Shown: positions 9,010-21,977, numbered from the stretch's first letter. The stretch is DNA of 64,000 nt from Candidatus Eiseniibacteriota bacterium (GCA_963717505.1 OY970342.1:896001-960000); one strand, 5' to 3'. The notes: generated from the sequence alone by a model not told the origin. Made by a program: numbers and translations.

Positions 9010-10410
9010 ATGAGCACGGCCCCCGCGCATTCCACGAAACCCGACGCGCCCTCCACCTCCTGGTACGACGGCGAGGACGCTCCCGGTCGCCGCGACCTCG
9101 ACACCTGCATCCACTGCGGCCTGTGCCTCACCGCGTGCCCCACCTACCGCGAGCTCAAGATCGAGCCTGACTCGCCGCGCGGCCGCATTTACCTGATGCG
9201 CGGGCTCGCCGACGGCCGGATCGTGCCGAGTGAGCCGATGCTCGAGCATCTCGACAACTGCCTCGGCTGCCGGGCGTGCGAGACCGTGTGCCCCGCCGGC
9301 GTGCCCTACGGTCGCATGCTCGAGGAAGCCCGCGGGCAGTTGAACCGCCGCGCGGTGCGCGGCACGCCGGCGCGCATGCTCGGCGAATGGGCGCTCAAGT
9401 CGGTGGTCGCTCATCGCGGCCGGATGCACGCGGTAGTCGACCTCTTGCGCCTCGGCCAGGGCGGCCCAATCGGTGCATTCATGCGCTCGCCCGCAGCCGC
9501 GCGCTTGCTGCCGCGCTTCGCGATTCAAGGCTTCGCTATGACGCCGCCGTTGGCGCCGCGTGCGGAGCGTCGGCTCGAATCGCTGGCGAGCGCGTTGCCG
9601 TCCGGCGCGCGCATGGAATCGGGTGCCAGGTCCCTCGTGTTCCACCCCGCCGGGACGCCCAAGGCCAATGTCGCGTACTTCACCACGTGCGTGCTCGAGA
9701 CCATGTTCCCTGCCATCAATCGGGAGTCGGTGCGCTTGCTGGTGCTCGCTGGCTGTCGAGTGGAGGTGCCTCATCGGCAGGAGTGCTGCGGCGCCCTGCA
9801 CGCCCACGCCGGGCTCCGGCGCAACGCCAAGCGCTTGGCCGCCGACAATGTGAAGGCCATTGGCGGCGACTTCGACGCGATCGTCAACGCTTCGGCCGGT
9901 TGCGGTGCTGCGATGCGCGACTACGGCCATCTGTTGCATGGCGAAGCCGGGGCGTCGGCATTCGCAACCAAGGTGCGCGACGTGTCGGAGGTACTCGCGA
10001 ACGTCGGCCTGCCCCCGGACGCACGGCCGCTCACGTCCGAGCGTGATGGATCGCGCCCCCTGCGCGTCGCGTATCACGACCCCTGTCATCTGGCGCACGC
10101 GCAGAACGTCCGCTCGCAGCCGCGGTCCCTCTTGCGTGCGCTCCCGGGCGTCGAACTGGTCGACCTGCCGAATGCCGACTGGTGCTGCGGCAGCGCCGGG
10201 GTCTACAACCTGACTCACCCCGACATGGCCGATCGCCAGCTCGAGCGCAAGCTCGACGCGATCTCCGCCGTGAACCCCGAGGTCGTGGTCGCGTCGAATC
10301 CTGGTTGCGCGCTACACATCGCGCGCGGCATGAACGGGCGCGGCATGAAAGCGCCGGTGGCGCACCTGGTCGAAGTCGTGGGGCGCGCCTTCCCGACCCG
10401 TTCGTCATGA
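9010..10410 (+). CDS. glcF: Glycolate oxidase iron-sulfur subunit
   Basis: CIHCGLCLTACP and CLGCRACETVCP ferredoxin motifs, SPRGRI, two CCG domains (ECCGAL, YHDPCHL..WCCGSAG). Confidence 0.85.
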   Translation: MSTAPAHSTKPDAPSTSWYDGEDAPGRRDLDTCIHCGLCLTACPTYRELKIEPDSPRGRIYLMRGLADGRIVPSEPMLEHLDNCLGCRACETVCPAGVPYGRMLEEARGQLNRRAVRGTPARMLGEWALKSVVAHRGRMHAVVDLLRLGQGGPIGAFMRSPAAARLLPRFAIQGFAMTPPLAPRAERRLESLASALPSGARMESGARSLVFHPAGTPKANVAYFTTCVLETMFPAINRESVRLLVLAGCRVEVPHRQECCGALHAHAGLRRNAKRLAADNVKAIGGDFDAIVNASAGCGAAMRDYGHLLHGEAGASAFATKVRDVSEVLANVGLPPDARPLTSERDGSRPLRVAYHDPCHLAHAQNVRSQPRSLLRALPGVELVDLPNADWCCGSAGVYNLTHPDMADRQLERKLDAISAVNPEVVVASNPGCALHIARGMNGRGMKAPVAHLVEVVGRAFPTRSS

Positions 10411-11746
10411 CCGTCGCCGAGTCACCCCCATCGCCGAAAACGCGTCGCACACGCGTCGCGAAGTCGTCCTCGCTCGAATTCAGTCGCGAAGCCATTGCTG
10501 CCTTGTTCCTCGAGCGACAGTATCTCGACCGGCCGCGGGCGCGCCGGCTGACCGCCGCGAACCTCGCCCGTTACGCTGAAGATGTCGGCGGCATCCAGCT
10601 CGACTCGATCAACGTGCTCGAGCGCGCGCACTACCTCACCGTTTGGAGCCGCTTCGGCGCCTACGATCGCGCGCGGCTCGACCGACTCGTCCACAAGGAT
10701 CGTGTGCTGTTCGAGTACTGGGCGCACGCGGCATGCCTGGTGCCGCATGCGCATCTGGTCGCGTGGCGGCGCGCGATGGCCGACTACGTGATCGGGCACA
10801 CCGGCTGGCGTAGTTGGCTGCGTAAGAACGCTCGCGTGGTCGCGGCGGTCGAGAACGAGATCACGACCCGCGGCCCGCTGGCCAATGCCGACTTTCGCGA
10901 AGCGCGCCCCGCGGGTGCTTCGGGATGGTGGAACTGGAAGCCCGCCACTCACGCGCTGCACGTTCTGTGGATGAGCGGGCGCATCCTGGTCCACTCGCGA
11001 CGTCACTTTCACAAGCGCTACGACGTGCCGACCGCGTGCTGCCCGACTTTCCCGCCGAGCCGGCGATGACGCACGAAGAGTTCCTGCGCTGGCACGTGCT
11101 CCAGTCGTTGCGCGCCATGGGTGCCGCTACCGACCTGGACCTGAGCAAGTACCTCACGTTTCCGCGCATGCCGGTGGGTGCGCGGCGTCGTGCGATCGAG
11201 GCGCTGGTCAAGAGCGGCGACGTGATCGCCGTGTCGATGCTTGGGGATCGGCGACGCTGGCTCGCGCGCCGCGAGGATCTCGATGCACTTGCGGCTGCGG
11301 GGCGGCGGCGCCGTGGCAGCACGGGCACCACGCTGCTCTCGCCCTTCGACTCGCTGCTCTGGCATCGCGAGCGCGTGAAGACCCTGTTCGGGTTCGACTA
11401 CCGGATCGAGGTCTACACGCCCGGACACAAACGCGTGCACGGCTACTACACGCTGCCGATCCTCCACGACGGCATGCTGGTCGGGCGGGTCGACGCGAAG
11501 AACCACCGTGAGGCCGGGCGGCTCGAGGTGCGATCGGTGCACATCGAGCCGTGGGTGGCCGGCGGGAAGCAGGCGCCGGGAGCCGTGTGGGTCACGCCAA
11601 GTGAGGCGTCGCTGTCTGCGGGAATCGCCGACGCCGTGTGGTCGCTGGCGGAGTTCACTGGGGCTTCGGAGGTGACGGTGAAACGAGTGAGCCCCGCGGG
11701 CTGGCGAAAGAGCGTTGCGGGAGCGATTCGCGCCAACGCCGCGTGA
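10407..11746 (+). CDS. ycaQ: YcaQ/AlkZ-like (HTH_42) interstrand-crosslink DNA glycosylase, frameshift near 11025
   Basis: IQLDSINVLERAHY (QxD motif), LFEYWAHAAC, LLSPFDSLLWHRER, FDYRIEVYTP..KR.HGYY.LPIL. The two halves are in different frames. Confidence 0.8.
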
Positions 11747-11752
11747 TGCAGA

Positions 11753-12607
11753 TCAGTTCGCAACCGTGAACTCCAGCACCATCCCGACGTCGGCGTGGGT
11801 CGCCGTGTGCACGTTCGGCTCGGCCGGCATGTCCATGTTGCACCAGGCCACGTAACGGCCCGGCACGAACTCACGCCGAATCCAGACCTCGCGCCCCGAA
11901 TCGTGGCTGTCGAGCACGCCGCCGAGCGCCGTAGCGGGCGGCGGTGTCTTGCGCCCCCCTGCGTACCACGCTCGCAGGTCCGCGAGATCGTAGCCTTCGT
12001 GCAGCCGGTACAAGTCCATTTCGTGCATGGACGGACCGGGGAATTCCACGCGGATCGTGCGCGTACCCGCGTGGATCGCACGATCGAGCTCGAAGCTGAA
12101 GTCGACCAGCCGGATGGTCGCATCCACAGTGGGCGGCGTGTCGTTTTCCAGCCGGTGGCTGACCACGAATTCATGCAGAGGTCCCTGCGCGACGTGTAGC
12201 GGGTAGGAACCGTCCGCGCCCGGGTGACGGAACCAGCAGGCCAGAATGTGACGCCCGGTCGACAGCTCGACCCACATGTCGAGGGTCTCGCCCGGCGAGG
12301 TCAAACCCGGTCCCGAGCAGTCGATCGCACCTTCCGGGAACGCGGTGCCTCCGGCGACGGCCGCCGCGTAGTCGGCTGGCGTCATTCCGTTGGGCAGCCG
12401 GATGAGCATCGCCTCGTGAATCGTGGTGCCGCGATTCTCGAACCGCAGGTGACGCACACCGGCCAGGACCGAGTCGGGGCCCTCATGGCCGGCGTCGGTG
12501 GCGACGATGCTCAGCGGTCCCGCGGGCACCTCCGGTTTCCGATCCGGAGCCGCCTGACAGCTGGTGATCAGCAGACATGCAACACCCACCACTGCTCTAC
12601 GGCTCAT
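11753..12607 (-). CDS. Lipoprotein with two cupredoxin-like repeats
   Basis: Lipobox-like LITSC. Two repeats of HE..(x)n..C..H..G(M/P); the second reads WCNM..HADVGM. Confidence 0.55.
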   Translation of the reverse strand: MSRRAVVGVACLLITSCQAAPDRKPEVPAGPLSIVATDAGHEGPDSVLAGVRHLRFENRGTTIHEAMLIRLPNGMTPADYAAAVAGGTAFPEGAIDCSGPGLTSPGETLDMWVELSTGRHILACWFRHPGADGSYPLHVAQGPLHEFVVSHRLENDTPPTVDATIRLVDFSFELDRAIHAGTRTIRVEFPGPSMHEMDLYRLHEGYDLADLRAWYAGGRKTPPPATALGGVLDSHDSGREVWIRREFVPGRYVAWCNMDMPAEPNVHTATHADVGMVLEFTVAN

Positions 12608-13975
12608 CGCTGACCCTCCGATCCGCGGCCACGTAGCTCTCGGCGTCCAACCCCAATCCCCGGTGCAGAAGCCGCACGACCTTGTCCGCGTCCTTCTCGG
12701 CCACCACGAACGACAGATTCACGCGCGACGCTCCCTGCGAGATCATCTCGACCGGCACGCCGACGCCGCCGACCAGCGTGAACAAATGCCCGGCGAGGCC
12801 GGGATGTCGCGGCGCTCCCTCGCCGACCACCGCGACCACGGCCAGGTCGCGCTTGATCTCGACGCGGCCGATGCCTTCGAGCTCGGCGATCGCGCCCTCG
12901 ATTCGCGACGTGTCGTCGACCGTGACCGAGATCGAGACCTCGGAGGTGGTCACCAGGTCGACCACCACGTGATGGCGGGCGAACACTTCGAACACGCGGG
13001 CCAGGAAGCCGTGGGCGAGCAACATGCGGGTCGACGCGATGGTGATCGCGGTGATGCCGCGTTTGCCGGCGATCGACTTCACGTGCCAGGTCGAATCGTC
13101 GCGCACGGCGTCGGGCAGGATCAACGTGCCCGCGTCCTCGGGTCGCGCGGTGTTGAGCACGCGCACGGGGATCTCACGCTCGATCGCGGGCAGCAGCGTC
13201 TTGGGATGCAACACGCGTGCGCCGAAGTACGCCAGCTCGCTGGCCTCGGCGAACGACAGCCGCGGCACCACGCGCGCTTCGGAAACCACGCGCGGATCAG
13301 CGGACAGCATGCCGCTGGTGTCGGTCCAGATCTGGATCTCGTCGGCGCCCAGTGCGGCGCCGATCAAAGCCGCGCTGTAGTCCGAGCCGCCGCGGCCGAG
13401 CGTGGTCACGCGCCCGTCGAGGGTGGCGCCGGTGAACCCGGTGACGACGGGAACGGGACCGCGGTTCCCGAGTCCGTCACGCAGCCGCGACGCGGCTTCC
13501 GGCAACGGATGCGCGGCGCCAAAGCGGTCGTCGGTGATCAGACCCGCATCACCGGCGAACATCGCCGTGGCGTCGACACCGGCGCCGCGCAACCCGGCGG
13601 CAAACAGCCCGGCGGCCAGTCGCTCGCCGTGCGCGAGAATGCAGTCGCGCGCTTCGCCGTCGACCCGCTGGTCCGAGAAACCGCGCCCGACGGCATTGGC
13701 ATCGCGCGCCAGCGCTTCGAGCGCGCCGTCCAGGATGCCGGCCGGCAGGCCCACCTCCGCTGCGAATCGGCGATGACGTTCGAATGTCTCGGACAGGATC
13801 CCGTCCCGCCGCGCCGGCTCGCGACACCACTCGACCAGCGCGTTGGTCACCCCGGCGAGCGCACTGACCACGACCACGGGGTCGCTGGCCGCCGCGCGCG
13901 CGACCACGGCGACCGCCGAATCGGAAATGCTGCGGGGACACCGACCGAGGTGCCACCGAACTTGAGGACGAGCAC
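12597..13975 (-). CDS. lysC: Aspartate kinase, frameshift near the N-terminus (~13925)
   Basis: VLKFGGTSV in one frame, then VVVVSALAGVTN, TLGRGGSDYSA, ADPRVV, ELAYFGARVLHP and ACT domains in another. Confidence 0.88.
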
Positions 13976-13979
13976 GCCG

Positions 13980-16622
13980 CTACCTGCGCTTGAGTTCCTG
14001 ATTCCAGTTGACCACCACGTTGGTGGTCGGCAGCGCTTCGCTGCCGAGCGGCGCGACGATGTAGAACCGCTTGCCGTCGGCCGACACGTCATAGTGGTTG
14101 CGGATGCCGGTCGGGAACAGGATCCGTGCGGTGAACAACCGCTGGGGCACGCCGGCCTCGAACGTCGGCTGGGTCTGGATCGGCACGGCCATCATCTGCT
14201 GATCGGGGCCCAGGTAGAAGATCTCGCGCGAGTCGCCGCGCCAGCGCGCGTCCTGCCCGCCGGCGGTCGAGATCTGCCACTTGCCGGATCGGTCGGGGAA
14301 CGACTCGACGTAGATTTCCGGCCGCCCGGACTCGTCGGACGTGTAGCAGAGCCACTTGCCGTCGGGCGACAGCAGCGCTTGATCCTGATCGAACGGTCCA
14401 TCGAGCACCGCATAGGGCTTGCGCTCGCCATTCAGAGGCAGCGCCCAGACGTCGCGGCCGGTACTGGTGCCCGTCAGCGAATACAGAACCAGGCCCCCGT
14501 CGCGTGACCAGCTGGTCGGAACGATTTCGGGTGCCGAGGCCAGCAATAGTTCCTTGCCGCCGGCGCCGCTCGCGTTCTTGACGTAGAGCCCGGCATCTGC
14601 GCCCGCGGCGTAGTAGAGGATTCTCTTGCCGTCGGCCGACCACACCGGGTAGTTCTCGTTGCCAGGTTCGAATGTGAGTCTCGACGTCACGCCGCGGGTG
14701 AGATCCACCACCCAGATGTCGCGGGTTCCGGTTTTTTCGTCGATGATCCGAACGGCCACCTTGCGTTCGTCGGGCGACAACCACGGAATCAACGCCCCCG
14801 GGGGAGAAGTCACGGTGCCGAGGTCTCGACCCTCACGGTCCACACGCACCAGCTGTCCGATCTGCGCCTGGCGGGTCGAGAACACCAGCACGCCTTCTTG
14901 CGAGACCGAAAAGTCCGAGCCACCCACCGCGCTCGTGGTCACTTCCTCGGCGATCGGGATCGGCTCGCCTTGGAGCTTGTGCGCGCCGGCCGAGAATGGC
15001 TGCGCTACCAGGGTGCCGCTGCGCGAGTAGACGAGGTAGCCCGGCGGCGCGTACTGCGCGAGCGATTCGCAGGGCCCGACGTCGACATACTTGTCCGAGC
15101 CGAGCTTGCCGACCTTGATCGTCGAACCCTCGCCGAACGCGAGGAACAGGAAGTGCTCCCCGTCGGGGAGGAAGTCGGGCCAGCCAACGACCGTGAAGCC
15201 CTTGAGCGAGTCGCCGACCACGGCGGGCGTGGCGATGCCGCCGGCCGCCGAGACGCGATTGATGGGATCGCGGTCGCGACCGTCGAACAGAATGACTCCC
15301 TTCTTGCCCCACGAGCCGTCGGCGCCGGTCGGCGCGTCGCAAATCACGACCGGGGGCGCGCCCGAGACTTCGACCTTCTTCAACTTGCCGCCGGCGAAGA
15401 ACCCGAGGAATCGACTGTCCGGCGACCAGAAGGGCCGCGTCGTCCCCTCGGTGCCCGCGAGCGGGCGCGCGCTCATCCCGTTCATCGGGCGCACCCAGAT
15501 GCGCGTCGCTCCGGTCGAATCGGTCGCGCTGTAGGCGAGCGTCTTGCCATCGGGCGAGATGCGCGGTGTATCCATGAACTGAATCGCGGTCGGCGGCACG
15601 ATCTCGAACCGCAGGACTTTGGGCGGCGCGGGCCGCAGGACGTAGTAGCCGGTGGCGAGCGGAATCAGCGCCAGCGGTCGATGCGATCGCGACGACGCGC
15701 GTCCAGCGCTCCTGCGCGCGACGTTTCGCCGCGACCGGCGCCGGGACTCCAGCCTGCGAGCCCGCCTCGGCCACCCACTCGAGCTGCAACTTCACGTCGT
15801 GGGCGTTCTGGTAGCGACGATCCGGATCCTTGGCCAGGCAGGTCTTGACCACGCGGTCGAGGCTCGGCGGGATCATCGGCTGGACGACGCTCACCGGACG
15901 CGGCTCTTCCTTCATGATCGCAGCCGATCAGCGACGCCTGACTCTTGCCGACAAACGCTTTCTGTCCGGTCGCCATCTCGTAGAGCACCGCGCCGAGTGC
16001 GAAGATGTCGCTGCGCGCGTCGGCCTCTCGCCCCTCGAGCTGCTCCGGCGACATGTACTGGAAGGTGCCGACGATCGAGCCCTCGGCGGTCAGCGGCTGG
16101 GTCATGGTCGGCGAGCTGGTCAGGTCGCTGGTCGGACCGAGCACGCTGCGGAGCGTGCCAGACCGAAGTCGAGCAGCTTGGCTCCGGACTTGGTGATCAT
16201 GATGTTGCCGGGCTTCAAGTCCCGGTGGATCACGCCCTGCCGGTGCGCCTTCTCGAGCGCTTCGGCGATCTGAATGCCGTAGCGCAGCACGTCCTCCGAT
16301 CGGCATGCGCCACGCGTCGAGACGCGCCGCCAGCGTTTCGCCCTCGAGCATCTCCATGACCAGGTAGTCGACGCCGCTTCTCGTGGCCGACGTCGTGGAG
16401 CGTGCAGATGTGGGGGTGATTGAGGGCGCTGATCGCCCGGGCCTCGCGATCGAACCGGGCGCGGGCCTCGGGGGTGGCGGCCAGGTGTGCGGGCAGCACC
16501 TTGATCGCCACGTCGCGCCCGAGGCGCGAGTCGTGTGCGCGGAAGACCTCCCCCATCCCGCCTGCGCCTATCGCGGACTGGATCTCGTAGGGCCCGAGCT
16601 GGGTACCGACGGTGACGGTCAT
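13980..16622 (-). CDS. Hanks-type Ser/Thr kinase with TM helix and C-terminal TolB-like beta-propeller, about five frameshifts
   Basis: [35 protein letters not shown] and SDIFALG are spread across frames. PD40-like SPDG repeats in 13980..15599. Confidence 0.85.
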
Positions 16623-16766
16623 GGTCGGGCACTCTAGCGGCCCGCGATGATGGATGAAAGCAGCGGAGCCTCATTGAGTGCTGGCCTTGGACGTGGGAGC
16701 CCCATCTACAATTGGGCGGCTTTCTCGCGCACCTCGCACCCAGCGCCCCCGTTTGGAGATCCCGCC

Positions 16767-19363
16767 ATGCGCCGTTCGACCGCTTTGTTCTCGCTCTCGA
16801 CGTTGGTCCTGGCCGGCGCCGGCCTGTGGACCTTCACCCTGGAGCGACCGCAGCCGTTGCCGCTCAAGCAGGTCCTGGAGACCCCGGAGACCGCGCGAGC
16901 GATGAGCAAGCGCCCGAGCCAGTGGTGGTTCGAGCAGCGCGCGTTCCCGAGCGGGTTCATCCCGGCCGACGTGGTCGACGAAGTGCGCCAGCGCGCGTTC
17001 ATCGAGTACCAGCAGGCCCAGCTCTCCACCAGTTCCGGTCCGCTGATCTGGGAGCTGGTCGGACCCACCAACATCCACGGGCGCATCACGGCGCTGGCCG
17101 GAACGCCCGACGCCACGACGTTCTATGCTGGTGCTGCCAACGGTGGCGTGTGGAAGTCGGCCAACGGCGGGATCTCCTGGGTCTCCGGTGTTCGACGAGT
17201 TCAGCAGCTATTCGATCGGCGACATCCAGCTCGACCCGACCAATGCGAACATCGTGTGGGTGGGAACCGGCGAGTCGAATCCGGCGATCGACACCTATGA
17301 CGGCAACGGCCTCTACAGGTCGGTCGACGGTGGCGTCAATTGGGAATTCGTCGGCTTGTCGCAGGTGCGGCGCGTGGCGCGCATCGCCATCGATTCGACC
17401 GACGTCAATCGCATGTACGTCGCGGGCGGCGGGTCCTTGTTCCAGAGCGACACCGACGGCGGCATCTGGCGCACGACCGACGGTGGCGTGAATTGGGAGC
17501 ACGTCCTGTTCGCCGACGCCTCGACCGTCGGCACCGACGTCGCGATCAACCCCGCGCACCCCGAGTCGCTGCACGCCGCGATGTGGGATCTCGGCGCCAG
17601 CCCGACGTCGGAGTCCGCGATCTACCGGAGCACCGACTACGGCGCGACCTGGAGCCGTCTCGGTCCGGCCCACGGCCTGCCGGCGTCCGAACGACAGCAC
17701 GGATCGCATTTCGATCGCCTACGCCAGGTCGCGGCCGACCACGATCTACGCTCAGATCATCGGCGGTCGAGGACCTGGCGTACGTCGGCCGCGGCATGTG
17801 GCGCAGCGACAACGGCGGCGCGACCTGGACCAAGCGCGACGCCGGAACCACGTTCCGCGACGGGTTCGGAGGTTTCGGCTGGTACTTCGGCACCATGGCG
17901 GTGAGCCCGAACAACCCCGAGTTCTCGTACGCGCTCGGCGTGCAGACGATGCGGTCGACCAACGGCGGGACCAGCTACTTCTATCAGAATGGCACGACCC
18001 TGCACGTGGACCAGCACGCGGTGTTCATCCAGCCGTCCAACAATCAACGCGTGTTCATCGGCAGCGACGGCGGCTTCTACCGCACGCTGAATGGCGGCTC
18101 GTCGTGGAGCAAGCTCGGCGCGCTGCCGATCACCCAGTTCTACGCGATCACCGTGAATCCGCAGGACAACCTGCAGCGCTTCGGCGGCACCCAGGACAAC
18201 AACACGCTGACCGGCACCACCAACCCCGGCACCTGGTCGGCCATACTGGGCGGGGACGGGTTCTACTGCATCGTTGACCACACCAACCCAGCGGTGGTCT
18301 TCGCAGAGTTCCAGAACATGTGCAGTGGTACCGGCCCTCGGCGCAACGGGGCACAGCCGACCGGATTCAACCCGGGCGATCGCTACAACTGGAACGCGCC
18401 CTACGTGATGGATCCGACCGACCACAACATCCTGCTGGCCGGCTCGCACCGGATCTACAAGAGTGTCGACAACGGCGTTTCCTACACGGTGGTCAGCGGC
18501 GACCTGGCGTTCGCACCCGGCACCTCGCGGCCCAACGGCACGCTCAGCACGATCACCATCTCGCCGGTCGACAACCAGATCTATTACACCGGCTCGAACA
18601 ACGGAAAAGTGTGGCGATCGACCGATGGCGGCGCCAACTGGACCGACAAGACCGGCACGCTGCCGGTGCGCGCCATCACCCGGGTGACCGCGGATCCGTT
18701 CGACGCGAACACCATCTTCGTCTCGCTCTCGGGGTTCAACGGCAGCAACGAGGAGCCGGTTCACCTCTACAAGAGCACCGACCTGGGCGACACCTGGGTC
18801 AACGTCTCGGGCAACCTGCCCAACGCGCCGGTCAACGACATCCTGATCGACAACGTCGATCCGCAGCGCTGGTACGCCGGCACCGATCTCGGGGTGTGGA
18901 CCACGCAGAACGGCGGCTCGACCTGGTACCCACTCGGCCAGGGCCTGCCGTTCCAGGCGGTGTTCGATCTCTACCTGCACGAGGGCGCGCGCGAGTTGTA
19001 CGCCGGCACCCATGGCCGCTCGATGTGGAAGGTCAACCTGTCCGAGTTGCCGACCGCGGTCGACGCCGGCCCGGCGCCGAGGCTCGCACTGTCCGCGCCG
19101 AGTCCGAACCCGAGCCGGGGCGTGTCACATTTCAGCTTGAGCCTCGATCGCGAAGCGCGGGTGAACGTGTCGGTGTTCGACGCCCTGGGGCGGCGAACCG
19201 GCGTCATTCACGAGGGCACCTTGTCGGCGGGCCGTCACTCTCTTGCCTGGGACGGGCGTGACGCGGGGGGCCGCGCCGCCAGGTCGGGGGTCTACTTCCT
19301 GCGCGCCGAGAGCGACGACGGCATCGTCCTGACGAAGCGGATCGTCCGAACGCAGTGCAGTAG
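16767..19363 (+). CDS. Secreted BNR/Asp-box (VPS10-like) beta-propeller protein with FlgD-like C-terminal domain, frameshifted; end approximate
   Basis: Repeated S/TxDGGxxW Asp-boxes, [22 protein letters not shown]-terminal PSPNP..FDALGRR..WDGRD..SGVYF. Confidence 0.8.
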
Positions 19364-19386
19364 ATGTCGCACCAGGAGCCTTGCCG

Positions 19387-21977
19387 ATGAGCCGATCCGT
19401 GAACCGCCCCTTCGCTTCCGCTCTGGCCATCGGTGCCGTGATGGTGCTGACTTCGGTCGTCGACCGCCCGGAAGCACCGCCGCGCCCGTCGTCGGGCGGC
19501 CCCTACCCCAGCGACTGGTTCGGTCTCCAGCGCGCGTACCCGATCGGCGAGATTCCGCAGGCGATCTGGCGAGCCACCGTGGAGCGCGCACGCGTGGATC
19601 GAGCGGCGGCTCGTCTTTCGACTTCGGGCGGACCACTGCTCAACTGGACCCTCGCGGGGCCGACCAACATCGGCGGTCGGGTCACCGCGATCGCCGCCCA
19701 CCCATCGGGGACCCCGGCCTACTTCGGCTCGGCCGACGGCGGAGTGTTCCGCTCCGATGACTTCGGTCTCAACTGGTATCCGATCTTCGACGAGGTCGGC
19801 GTCCCCTCGATCGGGTCGCTCGCCATCGATCCGCTCGACGCCAACATCCTCTACGTCGGGACCGGCGAGGCCAACTCGTCGCTCGACAGCTACGACGGCG
19901 ATGGCCTTTATCGCACGACCGACGGCGGCGCGAACTGGGAGCGAGTCGGCCTGGAGACCGTGGGACGCATCGCGCGCGTCGCGATCGATCCCGCCAATTC
20001 CGCGCGCATCTACGTGGCCGCCATGGGCCGCCAGTTCTCGACCGGCCCCGAACGCGGCTTCTACCGTTCGACCAATGGCGGGCAGAGCTGGGAACAGACG
20101 CTGTTCGTCAACGACAGCACCGGCGCGTGCGAGGTTGTGGTGAATCCCGCCCACCCCGAAACCGTGTTCTGCGCGACGTGGGAGCGGGTGCGTCGCGCCA
20201 CCTACCGCCGAGCGTTCGGCCCGGGCTGCGGGATCTGGCTCAGCGTGAATCACGGCGCCACTTGGACGCGGCTCGCCGCCGGATTGCCGGCGCCTTCGGA
20301 CTCGGTCGGTCGGATCGGGCTGGCGATCGCCCGCTCGCGCCCATCGACGATCTACGCCCAGATCATCGCCGGGTCGATCGGCGGCTATCAGGGGCGCGGG
20401 CTCTATCGCTCGGACAACGGCGGCGCGTCGTGGATCCGGCGTGACCTGAGCGGCTTCACCGGCAGCTTCGGTGGTTTCGGCTGGTACTTCGGCGACGTCG
20501 TCGTCCACCCGTTGAATCCGGAGCGGGTGTGGTCGCTCGGCGTACCATTGGTTCGCTCGAACAACGGCGGCGCCAGCTTCGCCAGCACCGCCACGTACGG
20601 GCACGTCGATCAGCACGCGATGTGGATCTCGCCGTCAGACTCCTCGCGCATCCTGATCGGCAACGACGGCGGTATCTGGCGCTCGATCGATTCGGGCGCC
20701 AGCGTCCAGTTCCCGGCTTCGCTGCCGATCACCCAGTTCTACGCGGGCGCCATCGATCCCTCGAACCCGAACCGGATCTTGGGCGGCACCCAGGACAACA
20801 ACACGCTGATCACGAACACCGGCGACCCGGGCGGCTGGACGGCGATCCTGGGCGGCGACGGCTTCCACTGCCTGGTCGATCCGATCGACCCCAACGTGAT
20901 CATCGCCGAGTGGCAGTACTGCTGCGAGCGGCAGCGGGCCGCGTCGATCGACCACCGGCGGCGCATCGTTCGCTGCGCCGACCGGCATCCCGGCCGGCGA
21001 GCGCTTCAACTGGAGCACGCCGCTGGTGATGGACCCGAGCAATCACAACGTGATCCTGGTCGGCAGCCAGCGCGTGTTCCGCAGCGTGGACAACGGCATC
21101 AGCTACGCGCCGATCAGCGGCGACCTGACCACGAATCCGGCGGCCCAGGTGGTCTACGGCACCATCACCACGCTCGACATCTCGCCGCTATCGAGCAGCA
21201 CGTACTTCGCCGGCACCGACGACGGCCGCGTGTGGCGCTCGACCGACGCCGGGAGCGCGTGGATCGACATCTCTGCCGGGCTGCCGATCCGCTGGGTCAC
21301 CCGAGTGGTCGCCGATCCGGCCAGCGCCTCGACCGTCTACGTGACGCTGTCGGGATTCACGCTCGACGAAGGGGAATCGCACGTCTACCGCAGCACGAAC
21401 CTGGGCGCGACCTGGACCGCGATCGGCGCCGAGCTGCCCAACAGTCCGGCCAACGACCTGGTGGTCGCCCCCTGGGACCCACTGACGCTGTTCGCGGCGA
21501 CCGACGTCGGGGTCTACGCGACGCGCAACCTGGGAGCGACCTGGTACCCCCTCGGCCAGGGTCTGCCGCTCCAGGCGATCAACGACCTCAACCTGCACGC
21601 CCCGACCCGGACTCTGGTGGCGGCCACCCACGGTCGGTCCCAGTGGCGGCTCGACCTGAACCAGATGCCATTGGCGGTCGGATGCGCAGCCGGCAGCACC
21701 GGCGATCTCACTGGGCGCACCGCGCCCGAATCCGACCTCGGGCACGATCCACGCGACGCTGGAAGTGCCAGCGGCAACTGCGGTCGAAATCGAGATCTAC
21801 GATGCGATGGGCCGGCGCGCGGCGCGACTCCACCACGGCCGCCTCGACGCCGGGCGCCACATCTTTTCGTGGGATGGACGCGACGTGCAGGGCCGGCGTG
21901 TTCCCGGTGGTGCCTACTTCATTCGAGCCTCCTCGCCCTCCGGAAGCTCCGTCCGTCGATTCGTCAGGCTCGACTGA
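19387..21977 (+). CDS. Paralogous BNR/Asp-box beta-propeller protein with FlgD-like C-terminal domain, frameshifted
   Basis: [39 protein letters not shown] and ATHGRS are shared with the upstream gene. CTD reads YDAMGRR..WDGRD..GAYF. Confidence 0.8.

Noticed and set aside
13900-16400. Programmed frameshifting or phase variation in the kinase and lysC
   Set aside because: No slippery heptamers or long homopolymers seen at the breaks. Multiple scattered indels fit sequencing error better.
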